From Parcubacteria group bacterium (GTDB lineage: Bacteria > Patescibacteriota > Patescibacteriia > UBA2169): a stretch of 64,000 nt of DNA. The translations under genes and the position numbers were made by a program. The notes beneath the pieces are model-generated. The model had not been told where the DNA came from. It searched no databases and saw nothing but the letters and a program-made list of their open reading frames with translations. The DNA is taken from NCBI GenBank assembly GCA_016181765.1, contig JACOYR010000004.1, positions 35,320 through 99,319 on the forward strand, given 5' to 3'. Positions 17,412 through 27,079 of this stretch are shown in pieces (position 1 is the stretch's first letter; each line of letters starts with the position of its first letter).

Positions 17412-18038
17412 TTATCTGGAGTAAAATTCAACGATTCTGCGGACGTTGATCTCGCGGCGCGGCTCGGTGACGTCGGGAAGAGCCACTACCGCGGCTTCGG
17501 CTTCGGCCGTGCGGCTAAGCCAGGAAGCGGGAGTGCGGTTGATTGCTTTCACTGCTTCCGAAAAACGCGGATTCTTCGCAACCCGGTCTATAACCGTGAT
17601 GGCGGCGCCCACAGGCACGAGCATGGAAGGGGTGCTCGCCTTTTTGCCGTTTACCCGAATGTGGCCGTGGTTCACCATCTGCCGCGCCGCGGGCCGCGTT
17701 TTTGCAAATCCCAGGCGGTACACCACGTTATCCAGCCTGCTTTCAAGCATGCCGAGCATCACGTCGCCCGTGTCCCCTTGGGCGCGGATGGCTTTTTGGT
17801 AGTAATTGCGGAACTGGCGCTCCAGAATGCCGTACATGCGCTTGGCTTTCTGTTTTTCCCGGAGCTGTATGCCGTAGTTGGAGACTTTGGCGCGCAAACC
17901 GCGCGGGCCGTGCATGCCCGGAAAATAGCTCTTGCGCGAAAGCGGCGATTTGGCGGTTCCGGCCTTATCCAAATCCGGGTGCAAATCAACCCCCTCTCTG
18001 CGCGAACGCTTGTATTTTGGCGATAGGTCTCGTGCCAT
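17412..18038 (-). CDS. rpsD: 30S ribosomal protein S4
   Basis: 208 aa. MARDLSPKYKRSRREG and the S4 domain VNGKKASTPSMLVPVG. Confidence 0.9.
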   Translation of the reverse strand: MARDLSPKYKRSRREGVDLHPDLDKAGTAKSPLSRKSYFPGMHGPRGLRAKVSNYGIQLREKQKAKRMYGILERQFRNYYQKAIRAQGDTGDVMLGMLESRLDNVVYRLGFAKTRPAARQMVNHGHIRVNGKKASTPSMLVPVGAAITVIDRVAKNPRFSEAVKAINRTPASWLSRTAEAEAAVVALPDVTEPRREINVRRIVEFYSR

Positions 18039-18043
18039 ACTGG

Positions 18044-18493
18044 TTAGACTCTGCGCGGCTTTTTGGCGCGCGGGCCGTTGTGCGGCACCGGCGTCTTGTC
18101 TTTAATTGATTGGATGGCTAATCCCAAGCCCGAAAGCGCGCGGATTGCTGCGTCCCGCCCCATGCCCACGCCCTTCACCACCACGTCAACCTGGGATAAT
18201 CCGGATTGTTTCACGAAATCAGCGAGCCCGCGCACCACCACTCCGGCTGCGTACGGGGTAGATTTCTTTGGCCCCTTGAATCCCGCTTTGCCCGAGGAAG
18301 CCCAGGCAACCACGTTGCCGGTTCCGTCCGCAATGGAAACCATAGTGTTGTTGTAGGTAGCATTCACGTAGGCAACCCCTTTTTTGAGGGAAACCTTGGA
18401 CTTCTTCTTGCGCTTGGGAGCGGCCTTTGCTTTGGAACCGGACTTCTTCGGCGTCGGCGCAGGAGTAACTGGATTTTGTGCTTCTTCGGTCAT
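18044..18493 (-). CDS. rpsK: 30S ribosomal protein S11
   Basis: C-terminal ADGTGNVVAWASSGKAGFKGPKKSTPYAAG..DVVVKGVGMGRDAAIRAL is the S11 core. It has a Lys/Ala-rich N-extension. Confidence 0.9.
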   Translation of the reverse strand: MTEEAQNPVTPAPTPKKSGSKAKAAPKRKKKSKVSLKKGVAYVNATYNNTMVSIADGTGNVVAWASSGKAGFKGPKKSTPYAAGVVVRGLADFVKQSGLSQVDVVVKGVGMGRDAAIRALSGLGLAIQSIKDKTPVPHNGPRAKKPRRV

Positions 18494-18500
18494 AGGGGGT

Positions 18501-18896
18501 TTAGGTCTTCTGGGCTGTCGGCTTCTTGCCGCTGGTTGCAGTCTTGCGCACGTTTCCGCGCACGGTCCGGGAGTTGGTCTTGGTGCGCTGGCCGCGCACG
18601 GGCAAGTGCCGGCTGTGGCGCAAACCGCGCCAGGTTCCGATCTCTTTCAAACGCTTGATGTTCCCATGCACCAGCCGCACCAAATCTCCCTCTAGCACAA
18701 TCTTGTTGCCGTCAATCACGGTGCGGATGCGGTTCACCTCTTCCTCGGTCAAATCCTTGCACCGCTTGGATTCGCCAATGTTGGCGCTCGCAAGCACTTT
18801 CCCGCTCGTTCTGCGGCCAATGCCCTTGAGGTAGGAGAGGGCGACCACAATCCGTTTGTTGTCCGGGAGCGTTACTCCCGCAATGCGTACTGCCAT
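18501..18896 (-). CDS. rpsM: 30S ribosomal protein S13
   Basis: [31 protein letters not shown] is the S13 signature. Confidence 0.9.
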   Translation of the reverse strand: MAVRIAGVTLPDNKRIVVALSYLKGIGRRTSGKVLASANIGESKRCKDLTEEEVNRIRTVIDGNKIVLEGDLVRLVHGNIKRLKEIGTWRGLRHSRHLPVRGQRTKTNSRTVRGNVRKTATSGKKPTAQKT

Positions 18897-18924
18897 TCTT
18901 CGTCTAAAACTTACATAATTATTC

Positions 18925-19038
18925 TTAACCCTGCCGCTGCTTATGCTTCGGGTTCTTGCAAATCACGACCAGGCGCCCCTTGCGGCGCACCACCTTGCAG
19001 TCTCTGCAGATCTTTTTTACCGAAGCGCGAACTTTCAT
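18925..19038 (-). CDS. rpmJ: 50S ribosomal protein L36
   Basis: Not in the ORF track (too short). My translation of the minus strand is [37 protein letters not shown], 37 aa, with the canonical L36 zinc-ribbon pattern. It sits in the expected position between infA and rpsM. Confidence 0.85.
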   Translation of the reverse strand: MKVRASVKKICRDCKVVRRKGRLVVICKNPKHKQRQG

Positions 19039-19044
19039 ACTGTT

Positions 19045-19299
19045 TTAATACCGATAGGTAATCCTGCCTTTGCCCGTGTCATAGGGGCTCATCTCCACCT
19101 TGACCTTGTCAAACGGGAGCAGGCGAATTTTAAACATCCGCATCTTGCCCGAGAGATGGGCAAGGATTTCGTGCCCGTTCTCCAGCTCCACCTTAAAGGT
19201 CGCGTTGGGAAGCAATTCCAGAACCTGGCCGTCTACCTCAATAAATCCCTTGCGGTTTACATTAAATCCCTGGGGCTCGGCCGTATTTTTTTGATCCAT
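19045..19299 (-). CDS. infA: translation initiation factor IF-1
   Basis: 84 aa. The S1-like OB fold [27 protein letters not shown]...I.PFDKV.VE.SPYD is the IF-1 hallmark. Confidence 0.9.
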   Translation of the reverse strand: MDQKNTAEPQGFNVNRKGFIEVDGQVLELLPNATFKVELENGHEILAHLSGKMRMFKIRLLPFDKVKVEMSPYDTGKGRITYRY

Positions 19300-19403
19300 G
19301 AAAAATCAAGTAAAAAGAAACCATTCAAGAGCTTTCGCTCTTAAGATAAGCCTATCAGTAAGCTCACTTTTTGCTTGGTATATAGGCGTTTATAGGTATG
19401 GTT

Positions 19404-19432
19404 ATACTAATAGAGTCTTTGAATAGTGTCAA
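19404..19432 (-). promoter_or_regulatory. sigma70-like promoter for the infA-rpmJ-rpsM-rpsK-rpsD-rpoA-rplQ operon
   Basis: On the minus strand: TTGACA (19432..19427), 17 nt spacer, TAGTAT (19409..19404). This is about 105 nt upstream of the infA ATG. A small hairpin (AAGAGCGAAAGCTCTT) lies in the leader. Confidence 0.5.
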
Positions 19433-19469
19433 GGGCTCCCTTGTGGGAAGCCAAAATGCCCGGTTTTGG

Positions 19470-20357
19470 CTAGGCCACCAGGAGCACGCCCGCGAACATC
19501 AGGGCAATGGCCGCGAATTTCTGTACGAGCACCCTGCGGCCTGCCTCCTCATGCAGGATGCGCGGGAACCAGGCGCTTAGAATCACGGCATAGAGCAGGA
19601 CAAAAAACGGCTGGGTTGATGCGAGCGCATTCACCAGGGTGATGTACCCGCCCAAGGCCGCAAACATAAAAATAAAGCTCGCGGCAAAATCCATGGACTC
19701 TATGCACCCGAGGATGATGAATACTTTTTTCCCGTGTTCTTTTGCGGTAGCGCGGATATCCGGGTAAGCTCTGATGAGCAGGGGGATAAGGACAATAGTT
19801 TGCCCCGCGTACATATAAAAAAGAGCCGTCCAGTACCCTGCCGCATCCAACAAGTATTTAGTGGCAATATTGCCAATGGCAACCAACACCGCGCAGAGCG
19901 CCATAAGCCAGAAAGCCTTATTCGGGGTCATGCGCCTGCCCGCGGCTTTTGGGGAAAGCAGCAGTGCGCCGAGCACAATGGCCGCGATTCCGAGGTATGT
20001 TTTTCCGGTAAAAAGTTCATTGAGAAAAATACCGGCAAGCAGTGCCGTAAAGAGCGGCACCACGTGGAGCAAGGGCGCAATGCGGGATATTTCCTCTGCT
20101 GTAATGGCATTAAAATAAAAAATTCCTGCAATCATATACAGGGCGCCGCCGGCCATGCCCAAAAGCCCGAGGTTCCGGGGAACCTCTTCAACGGTCCCCG
20201 AAAGCAACAGGACAAGAGCCGTGGTTCCGGCAAAAACCAAGGAGAGCGAAAACATCACCAGCGGATTTTTTACGTACCTGCTGACGACGTGCTTGTCCAG
20301 CACATTCACCCCGGCCCACAGCGCGGCGGATAGAATTGCAAAAAACTGCCAAGCCAT
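19470..20357 (-). CDS. EamA/DMT-superfamily transporter
   Basis: 295 aa with 10 TM helices arranged as two EamA-like halves. Confidence 0.7.
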   Translation of the reverse strand: MAWQFFAILSAALWAGVNVLDKHVVSRYVKNPLVMFSLSLVFAGTTALVLLLSGTVEEVPRNLGLLGMAGGALYMIAGIFYFNAITAEEISRIAPLLHVVPLFTALLAGIFLNELFTGKTYLGIAAIVLGALLLSPKAAGRRMTPNKAFWLMALCAVLVAIGNIATKYLLDAAGYWTALFYMYAGQTIVLIPLLIRAYPDIRATAKEHGKKVFIILGCIESMDFAASFIFMFAALGGYITLVNALASTQPFFVLLYAVILSAWFPRILHEEAGRRVLVQKFAAIALMFAGVLLVA

Positions 20358-20406
20358 TTAATTTAATTTGAAGTGAATGTATTTTCCAAATTTTACGTCT
20401 TGCATG

Positions 20407-21060
20407 CTATTTCTTGTTACGCATATCCATAAGATACATGTCCTTTTGGGTGCGGTATACCAGGACGAATGAATATGCAAAGAGGAGCGCGGCAAGGTAG
20501 GGCAAGGCTTTTTCAAACCACGGAACGCCAAGGTATATGATGCCCGCATTCAAAAGGATGATGGCAAGCCGGTACTCTGTGGGCCCGAACCCCAGGGACC
20601 CGATTTTGAACGCGTTGTACGCTGAAAACGAGAGAAAGGTGCTTACCGGGATGATGGTGCACGCGATGAAGAAGATGAAAAGCGCAAGCAGCGCGGATGC
20701 ATCAACCAAGAGCGCATACCCGATGAATACGCTAGCCGCGAACACAAAGTCCAATAGGTGGTCCGTGTAAAATCCCCAGCGCGCAAAACCGGAATTCCGG
20801 TAGCGACCAACAGCGCCATCCAGAGAGTCAGTGAGCCAGTGCAGTACCATGATGCCGGACGCGGCCCAGAGCCACCGGATGTCTGCCGCGGCCCAGTAAG
20901 AAAACCAGATAATGCCAGCGCTCCATGCAAGCGAAGCAAGGGTCAAATTCACGCCGTTCAAAAACCGCGGCGCTCGCGGCGCCATTGCGCCTACCAGCTT
21001 GTGCTCCCACGCGCTCAAGATGGAGGTGTTGATTTTCTTGTTTCCGTCAAACAGTTCCAT
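20407..21060 (-). CDS. CDP-alcohol phosphatidyltransferase family protein
   Basis: Motif DSLDGAVGR (the D-x2-D-G-x2-A-R class) in a 6-TM protein. Start taken at MELFDG. Upstream codons of the track ORF run into the GC-hairpin element. Confidence 0.7.
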   Translation of the reverse strand: MELFDGNKKINTSILSAWEHKLVGAMAPRAPRFLNGVNLTLASLAWSAGIIWFSYWAAADIRWLWAASGIMVLHWLTDSLDGAVGRYRNSGFARWGFYTDHLLDFVFAASVFIGYALLVDASALLALFIFFIACTIIPVSTFLSFSAYNAFKIGSLGFGPTEYRLAIILLNAGIIYLGVPWFEKALPYLAALLFAYSFVLVYRTQKDMYLMDMRNKK

Positions 21061-21064
21061 AGTA

Positions 21065-21102
21065 CCACCCCCTTGCCCCCTCCTCATTAGAGGAGGGGGG
21101 AA
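21065..21102. repeat. GC-hairpin repeat element at the murC / CDP-alcohol-PT junction
   Basis: CCACCCCCTTGCCCCCTCCTC-atta-GAGGAGGGGGGAA. The first 22 nt are identical to the copy at 37563. Confidence 0.7.
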
Positions 21103-22493
21103 TGTTTGGTTAAGTTCCGCGCAACTCGGTCCACGTCACCCGCGCCCATGATAATGACCACGTCATTGGGTTTGATTTTTTCTTTGAGCTGCTTTTCAGC
21201 ATCTTTGAGGTCAGGCGCGTACGTGACTTTAACGTCTCGCGACTTTTTTATGGCTTCAACCAAATCCTTCGACGACACGTCCTGGTCGCGCGAATCCTCG
21301 CGGCCGGACACGTCGTAAATTTCGCTGATGATGACCTCGTCAGCCCTGCCGAATGAATCCGCAAATTCATTAAACAGTTTCTTGGTGCGGTTGCGGTGGT
21401 GCGGCTGGAACAGGGCCAGGATGCGGTGGAAGGGGTACCAGTCCCGGGCTGCTCTGAGCGTAGCGCGGATTCCGTCCGGATGATGGCCGTAATCAGAGAT
21501 GACTAAAGCCTTGCGGTACTCGCCCGCCAGCTCAAACCTGCGCCAGGTCCCTTTGAACTTGGAGAGCGCTTTCAAAATTTTTTTGCGCGGAACTCCGGCC
21601 GAATCCGCCGCAACCGCGGCCGCAACCGCATTGGCCAGGTTGTGCTCCCCGGGCACGTGCATTTTGGCGTACCCCCAATCCTCGCTGTTGTCGCAGATGT
21701 TGAAGCTCAAATTCCCCACCCAGCCGCGCTCCCCGGACGTCTGGGCAATGCCTGCGGCGCGCACCCCGGAATTCCCCTTGACCCCGAACGTGCGCTTCAT
21801 GCCCCTCGGGATTTCAAGCGCTCTGCTCGCTTCGTCATCCCTGTTTATAATCACTATGCCGCTCTTGGAAACTGAATCAACCCACGCCTGAAAATGTTTG
21901 ATTATGTCATTCGTGTCCTTGTAAAAATCAAGGTGGTCAGCGCTGATGTTGGTGATGACTGCAATCAGAGGCTTGTAGTTGAGCATCTTGGCCGCGTACT
22001 CATCCGCCTCAATCACGAGCCAATCGGACTTTCCGATGCGAATATTGGAATCCCACTGCGCGACCCGCGTGCCCACCACCGCCGTGGGGTCATAGCCCGC
22101 TTCTTCAAGCATCAAGCCGACCATGGCCGTGGTAGTTGATTTGCCGTTGGTGCCCGAAATTGCAATGACCTTTTTGCCGCGCGAGAATGCTCCCCAGAAT
22201 CCGGCTGCCGGCATTTGTTTGATGCCGCGTCCGGCCGCCTGCATGCGCAGGGCATCGGTTTTTGGAACCGCCTCTGAATAGATGAGCACATCAACGCCAT
22301 CCGGGAGTTCCACATTCGCGCCGCGGGCAGCAACGCGAGCGCCCATGCGGACAAGCTCGTCCGTGATATCGCTCCGGGCCGTGTCAAACCCGGATACGTG
22401 CACACGGTGGTGCAGCAGCAATTTGGCAATGGCAGACACGCTAATGCCGCCAATGCCCGCCAGGTATGCATGCTTGAACTGCTTGAGGTTCAT
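21087..22493 (-). CDS. murC: UDP-N-acetylmuramate--L-alanine ligase
   Basis: 468 aa. N-terminal Rossmann motif YLAGIGGISVSAIAKLL, ATP-site ISGTNGKSTTTAM and Mur ligase middle and C-terminal domains. The last five codons (HSPLL) and the stop are supplied by a GC-hairpin element. Confidence 0.9.
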   Translation of the reverse strand: MNLKQFKHAYLAGIGGISVSAIAKLLLHHRVHVSGFDTARSDITDELVRMGARVAARGANVELPDGVDVLIYSEAVPKTDALRMQAAGRGIKQMPAAGFWGAFSRGKKVIAISGTNGKSTTTAMVGLMLEEAGYDPTAVVGTRVAQWDSNIRIGKSDWLVIEADEYAAKMLNYKPLIAVITNISADHLDFYKDTNDIIKHFQAWVDSVSKSGIVIINRDDEASRALEIPRGMKRTFGVKGNSGVRAAGIAQTSGERGWVGNLSFNICDNSEDWGYAKMHVPGEHNLANAVAAAVAADSAGVPRKKILKALSKFKGTWRRFELAGEYRKALVISDYGHHPDGIRATLRAARDWYPFHRILALFQPHHRNRTKKLFNEFADSFGRADEVIISEIYDVSGREDSRDQDVSSKDLVEAIKKSRDVKVTYAPDLKDAEKQLKEKIKPNDVVIIMGAGDVDRVARNLTKHSPLL

Positions 22494-23563
22494 ATGACTG
22501 CCGGTGAGCCCCCGAGCGACGCAATGATGTTTACCATGCGCTCCCGGGCGCCCTCTTTTAAGAGCCCGGCTAGGGCGCGGCCGAGCGCCTCGCGCTTTTC
22601 GGGCGATTCCAAAAGTTCGCGCACGCGCCGCACCACGGTTTCGTCTAGTTGGTCCTGCCGGTACACCACTGCCGCGCGCTCGCGGAGGCAGTAAAAGGCA
22701 TTGTCTTCCTGGTGCGTGCCAGGCATAGGGATGATGATGGCCGCCTTTCTGAGGTGCCCCAGTTCGGTAATAGTTCCTATGCCCCCGCGGGTGATGGCCA
22801 GGTCAGCGGCTGCCAAGGCGTGCGGCATGAGCGGACCTAAAAACTCAACCTGGCGGTAGCGCTCGTGCGTTTGAGAGGGATCCATTTTGCCGCGGCCCGC
22901 AAGGTGGACCACATTAGCCGCGCGGGTGAGGCTTAAGAGGTGCTTCCACACCCACGCGTTCAGGGCTTCTGCCCCGCTTGAGCCGCCGGTAATGAGCACC
23001 ACCGGGAGCGTTGCATCAAAATGAAATTCAGAGGCCGCAGCCAGGGGGTTTGCTTCTTTAAGCGCGTCCCGGGCCGGATTGCCGATCCACTCTGCCTTGG
23101 CCTTGGGGAAATCTTCTAAAGACTTTTTGAAGCTCACCGTAATCTTGGACGCGAAAGGCGCGCACAGCTTGTTGGAGAGCGTGGGGCGGATGTCCTGCTG
23201 GTGGATGATGATCTTTTTCCGGAACAGCCACCCGGCCCAGATAACAGGCACGGAAACGAACGAGCCCGCGCCAATGATCACATCCGGCTTTTCAACCATC
23301 ACAATCAAGAGGCTCCGCAGGAACGCGAGCGCCAAAAAGAAAGGGTCAACCAGCACGCGCAGGGAAAAGTACCTGCGCAGCTTGATGGCAGGCACCCACT
23401 CGTACCCAATGGAAAGGGGCCCGATCAGGGACCGCTCAATGCCGCTCCTGGTGCCCACCCAAAACCAGTCCCAGCTTTTATGCTGCTTCTTCGCCTCCTC
23501 GTACATTGCGATGAGCGGGTTTACGGACCCGAGGGTCCCGCCGCCCGCGAGCAGGATTTTCAT
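22490..23563 (-). CDS. murG: undecaprenyldiphospho-muramoylpentapeptide beta-N-acetylglucosaminyltransferase
   Basis: 357 aa, GT28 fold. N-terminus KILLAGGGTLGSVNP..; position between ftsW and murC. Confidence 0.9.
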   Translation of the reverse strand: MKILLAGGGTLGSVNPLIAMYEEAKKQHKSWDWFWVGTRSGIERSLIGPLSIGYEWVPAIKLRRYFSLRVLVDPFFLALAFLRSLLIVMVEKPDVIIGAGSFVSVPVIWAGWLFRKKIIIHQQDIRPTLSNKLCAPFASKITVSFKKSLEDFPKAKAEWIGNPARDALKEANPLAAASEFHFDATLPVVLITGGSSGAEALNAWVWKHLLSLTRAANVVHLAGRGKMDPSQTHERYRQVEFLGPLMPHALAAADLAITRGGIGTITELGHLRKAAIIIPMPGTHQEDNAFYCLRERAAVVYRQDQLDETVVRRVRELLESPEKREALGRALAGLLKEGARERMVNIIASLGGSPAVI

Positions 23564-23582
23564 AATGATGCCCTATGATGCC

Positions 23583-24710
23583 CTATGATGCCCTGTTCAT
23601 TTTGGAAATATTCAAAAGGATGCCGATCGCAACCAAGGTCACGACCAGCGAGCTTCCGCCGTAGGATACCAAGGGGAGCGTCAAACCAGTCAAGGGCAGT
23701 ACCCCGAGCATGGCGCCTATGTTGATGAACGCCTGCAGCGCAATCCACGTGCCCACTCCAAAAGCGGCCAGCTTGCCGAATCCGTCCCCCGCGCTCCGGG
23801 AAATGCGGATGCACTGCCAAAAAAAGAATAAAAACAGCGCCAGCACGAGCATGCTGCCCGCAAATCCGAGCTCTTCGGCAATGACCGCGAAAATGGAGTC
23901 CCCGGTCACCTCGGGCAGGTAGAGGTATTTTTGCAAGGACCGGGTGAGCCCGCGCCCGAATATCCCGCCCGAGCCCACGGCCAGGAGCGCCTGGGTGATG
24001 TGGTACCCCGCTCCCTGCGGGTCGGCCGAAGGGTCCAGAAACGCCGTAAACCGCGCAAGGCGGTACGGGGCGAGCGCGATCGCGGCTCCCAAGGCAACAG
24101 CTCCCGCGCCCAAGAGCCCGGCCAAGTGCTTGAGATCAGCGCCGCCCACAAAGTACATGCTTATGGCAATGGCGCAGATGATAATCAGGGTCCCCAAATC
24201 AGGCTGTTTGAGGATGAGGAACGCAATGGCGCCGAGCACGATGGTGAGCGGCAAGAGCCCGGTGTAAAAATCCCGTATGCCCGCCCGCCCGCGCTCCGAG
24301 AGCCAGGCCGCAAGGTACAAAATCAGGGTGAGTTTGGCCAGTTCGCTCGGCTGGAACCCGAACGGCCCGAGGTTGAGCCAGCGCTGCGCGCCCTGGCCCG
24401 CGATGCCGATTCCGGGCACCAACACGAGCACCAGGAGCGCCACGCTCGCAAGGAGAATGACAAACGACCAGCGCTGCCAGACCCGGTAGTCAATGCGGTA
24501 GGCAAGGTACGCCGCACCGAGCCCGAGCAGAAGGGCTATGAGCTGGCGCTTGATGAAGAAGTTGGGATCCCCGAACCGCTCAATGCCGACGGCAACGGAC
24601 GCGGAAAAAAGCATCAAGAGCCCGAACACCAGAATGGCCCCGCTCGCCGCAAAGAGCGGAATGTGGAGCGCGCTTCTCGGCGCTTGTTTGTGCGTGTACC
24701 GCGCGGTCAT
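23583..24710 (-). CDS. ftsW: SEDS-family peptidoglycan polymerase FtsW/RodA
   Basis: 375 aa, 10 TM helices, conserved SEDS blocks (for example GGSSLVVT near the C-terminus). It sits between murD and murG. Confidence 0.85.
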   Translation of the reverse strand: MTARYTHKQAPRSALHIPLFAASGAILVFGLLMLFSASVAVGIERFGDPNFFIKRQLIALLLGLGAAYLAYRIDYRVWQRWSFVILLASVALLVLVLVPGIGIAGQGAQRWLNLGPFGFQPSELAKLTLILYLAAWLSERGRAGIRDFYTGLLPLTIVLGAIAFLILKQPDLGTLIIICAIAISMYFVGGADLKHLAGLLGAGAVALGAAIALAPYRLARFTAFLDPSADPQGAGYHITQALLAVGSGGIFGRGLTRSLQKYLYLPEVTGDSIFAVIAEELGFAGSMLVLALFLFFFWQCIRISRSAGDGFGKLAAFGVGTWIALQAFINIGAMLGVLPLTGLTLPLVSYGGSSLVVTLVAIGILLNISKMNRAS

Positions 24711-26023
24711 AGGCCGGACACTGCCTTGCTGAAATCATCCCCGCGCGCGAACTCGTGCGGCCACAGGTTAAAGCTCGCTGCCGCAGGAGAGAACAGGATA
24801 ATGTCGCCCTTTGAAGCGGCAGAGGCGGCAATGCGTACGAGCACCCCAAGGTCGTTGTGGCCCGCAGTAAGCTTTTTGAATCCGGCCAAAGCTTTCTTCT
24901 GTTTGGCGCTCGCATCCCCAACCAGCAGGTGCGCCTGGCTGCAGTATTTGATAACGGAGCGCGCCCACTCGGTGAACACGAGCTTTTTGTCGGCCCCGCC
25001 GGCGATGAGGATGATATTCTTGCGCCTCCCGCCGAAGCGTTCCAATGCCGCAATGCCCGCCTCGGGCGTGGTCGCGGTCGTGTCGTTGACGTACACAACG
25101 CCCTTCTTGACGGCAATAATCTCCTGCCTGCCCGAAAGCACGGGCGGATTTTTTAAAACACTCCTGATGTCCCGGGCAGAAACGCCGTACTGTTTTGCCG
25201 CGGCAATCGCGGCCACCGCGTTTTCCAGGTTGTGGCGCCCGGCAAGCGCCATGCCCTTCATCAACGCACGGTGCTCGCCCTTTGAAAAGAATACCGCGTT
25301 TGGCGCCGCTTCCTTATGCCACTGCGCGAGCAGGCTATCATCTTTGTTGAGGATCAATATATGCTCGGCGGCCTGGTGCCGGAAAATTTCTTTTTTGGAC
25401 GCGTAGTAGTGCGCCAGGCTCTGGTAGCGGTTCAAATGGTCCGGGTATAAATTGGTGACCACCGCAATGTCCGGCGCGCCGCGCACGATGTTGAGGCCCT
25501 CAAGCTGCCAGCTGGAGAGCTCCAAAACCGCGAGGTGATGAGGTGTCATGCGGTCCAGCACATCCAGCATGAACGAGGTTTTGATGTTGCCCGCGAGCAC
25601 GGTGCGGGGATTTTTCTTTTTGCACATTGCGGCAATCAGGCTCGCGGTGGTGGATTTGCCGCGCGTGCCGGTAACCGCAATAATCGGGGCCTCGCACCGG
25701 TCAAAAAACAAGCTCGCCTCGTTATACACGGGCTTATTGAGCCTTCGGCCGAGCTGCAGGTACCGAGACTCTTTGGGCACGCCCGGGTTGTACACCACAT
25801 AATCAGCCCATTTCACGTCTCGCTCGCGGTGCCTGCCCAGCACATACACAATACCCGTCTGCTTTGCCAGCGCTTTTATGGACGGCTCAAGCAGCTTCCG
25901 GTCGCGCAGATCGGAAATAACAAGCTTGGCGCCATGCTTATGTAGCCACCGTGCCGTTGCCGCGCCCCCGCCGTGCAAACCCAGGCCCAGGAGCAGGATC
26001 TTTTTTCCGGCAATCGGAATCAT
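24707..26023 (-). CDS. murD: UDP-N-acetylmuramoylalanine--D-glutamate ligase
   Basis: 438 aa. N-terminus KKILLLGLGLHGGGAATARWLHKHGAKLVISD (MurD Rossmann) and P-loop VTGTRGKSTT. Confidence 0.9.
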   Translation of the reverse strand: MIPIAGKKILLLGLGLHGGGAATARWLHKHGAKLVISDLRDRKLLEPSIKALAKQTGIVYVLGRHRERDVKWADYVVYNPGVPKESRYLQLGRRLNKPVYNEASLFFDRCEAPIIAVTGTRGKSTTASLIAAMCKKKNPRTVLAGNIKTSFMLDVLDRMTPHHLAVLELSSWQLEGLNIVRGAPDIAVVTNLYPDHLNRYQSLAHYYASKKEIFRHQAAEHILILNKDDSLLAQWHKEAAPNAVFFSKGEHRALMKGMALAGRHNLENAVAAIAAAKQYGVSARDIRSVLKNPPVLSGRQEIIAVKKGVVYVNDTTATTPEAGIAALERFGGRRKNIILIAGGADKKLVFTEWARSVIKYCSQAHLLVGDASAKQKKALAGFKKLTAGHNDLGVLVRIAASAASKGDIILFSPAAASFNLWPHEFARGDDFSKAVSGL

Positions 26024-27078
26024 ACCAGCGCCGCATCAATCAAAAACAGAATCACCCCGAGCACGGCCGTGACCGAGGCAATCACCCAGAACCGCATCAC
26101 GATTTTGGGCTCGCTCCAGCCGATTGCCTCAAAGTGGTGGTGGATCGGGGTTGATATGAAAATCTTCCTGCCAAACCCTTTCTTTGAAATTGTCTGGATG
26201 ATGACGCTGCCTGATTCTATGACAAACAATAAGCCCACCACCGGCAAAAACAGGGCCGTATTTGTGAGCATGGCAACAATGCCGAGCGTGACCCCAAGCC
26301 CCATGGCTCCGGTATCCCCCATAAAGAACCGGGCCGGGTTGATGTTGAACCATAAAAACGCAAGGAGGCTGCCCACAATCACCCCGCAGAACGTGGCAAG
26401 CTCAAAGCGGCCGGAAATGAAAGCCATGGCGCCGAACGCCCCGAACGCGGCCAAGAGCAAGCCTCCGGCCAGGCCGTCCAGGCCGTCTGATTCGTTCACC
26501 GAGAACGCGGTTGCCACGATGATGAATACAAAAATGGGCACGTACCACCACCCGATTGCAAACGTGCCGAAGAACGGGACGTGCAGCAAATCCCACTCAA
26601 GCTTGTAGAAAAACCACCACGAGCCCGCGAGCGCGATGAGCGTGTAGATGATGAGGCGGTGCCACACGTTCAAACCGCCTTTGAAGGCGCCTCGCGCGCG
26701 GATGTTGAACCAGTCATCAGCCAAACCAACCAAGGATGAAGCAACCAGGGCGCCGAGCGGCAGGAGCGTTTCCCCGCGGTCCAAAAAATTGAACCGTGCC
26801 GCGCTTGATTCAGGAAAAAATTTTTCAACGTAAAAAAACACCAGCGCGAGCAGGAGCACTGTAACCCACACCAGCACCCCTCCCATGGTCGGGGTCCCGG
26901 CTTTCTTTTGGTGCAGCCGGGCAAACACCGGCGCCTGGGAGCTCGCGCGTATTGCCTTGCCCAGCTTATACTTGTACAAAAAGTGCGTCAGCAAGGGCGT
27001 TAAGGCAAACGCGATCACGAACCCAAGCGTGGTGAGGATAAAAATTTTAATCACCGGAAACAAGGATGGAACGTCCAT
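26020..27078 (-). CDS. mraY: phospho-N-acetylmuramoyl-pentapeptide transferase
   Basis: 352 aa polytopic membrane protein. Conserved MraY blocks (GLDGLAGG, HHHFE-like TPIHHHFE). Confidence 0.9.
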   Translation of the reverse strand: MDVPSLFPVIKIFILTTLGFVIAFALTPLLTHFLYKYKLGKAIRASSQAPVFARLHQKKAGTPTMGGVLVWVTVLLLALVFFYVEKFFPESSAARFNFLDRGETLLPLGALVASSLVGLADDWFNIRARGAFKGGLNVWHRLIIYTLIALAGSWWFFYKLEWDLLHVPFFGTFAIGWWYVPIFVFIIVATAFSVNESDGLDGLAGGLLLAAFGAFGAMAFISGRFELATFCGVIVGSLLAFLWFNINPARFFMGDTGAMGLGVTLGIVAMLTNTALFLPVVGLLFVIESGSVIIQTISKKGFGRKIFISTPIHHHFEAIGWSEPKIVMRFWVIASVTAVLGVILFLIDAALV

Positions 27079-27079
27079 G

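Noticed and set aside
23561-23600. Short direct repeats considered as a possible CRISPR array
   Set aside because: Only three 10 nt units with no spacers, so this is a simple tandem repeat. No cas genes and no repeat-spacer architecture anywhere in the window.
23931-25406. 491 aa plus-strand ORF antisense to ftsW/murD
   Set aside because: Its translation is low-complexity Arg/Pro/Ala-rich (a typical GC-rich antisense frame artefact). The opposite strand carries two well-conserved Mur-pathway genes with clear motifs.
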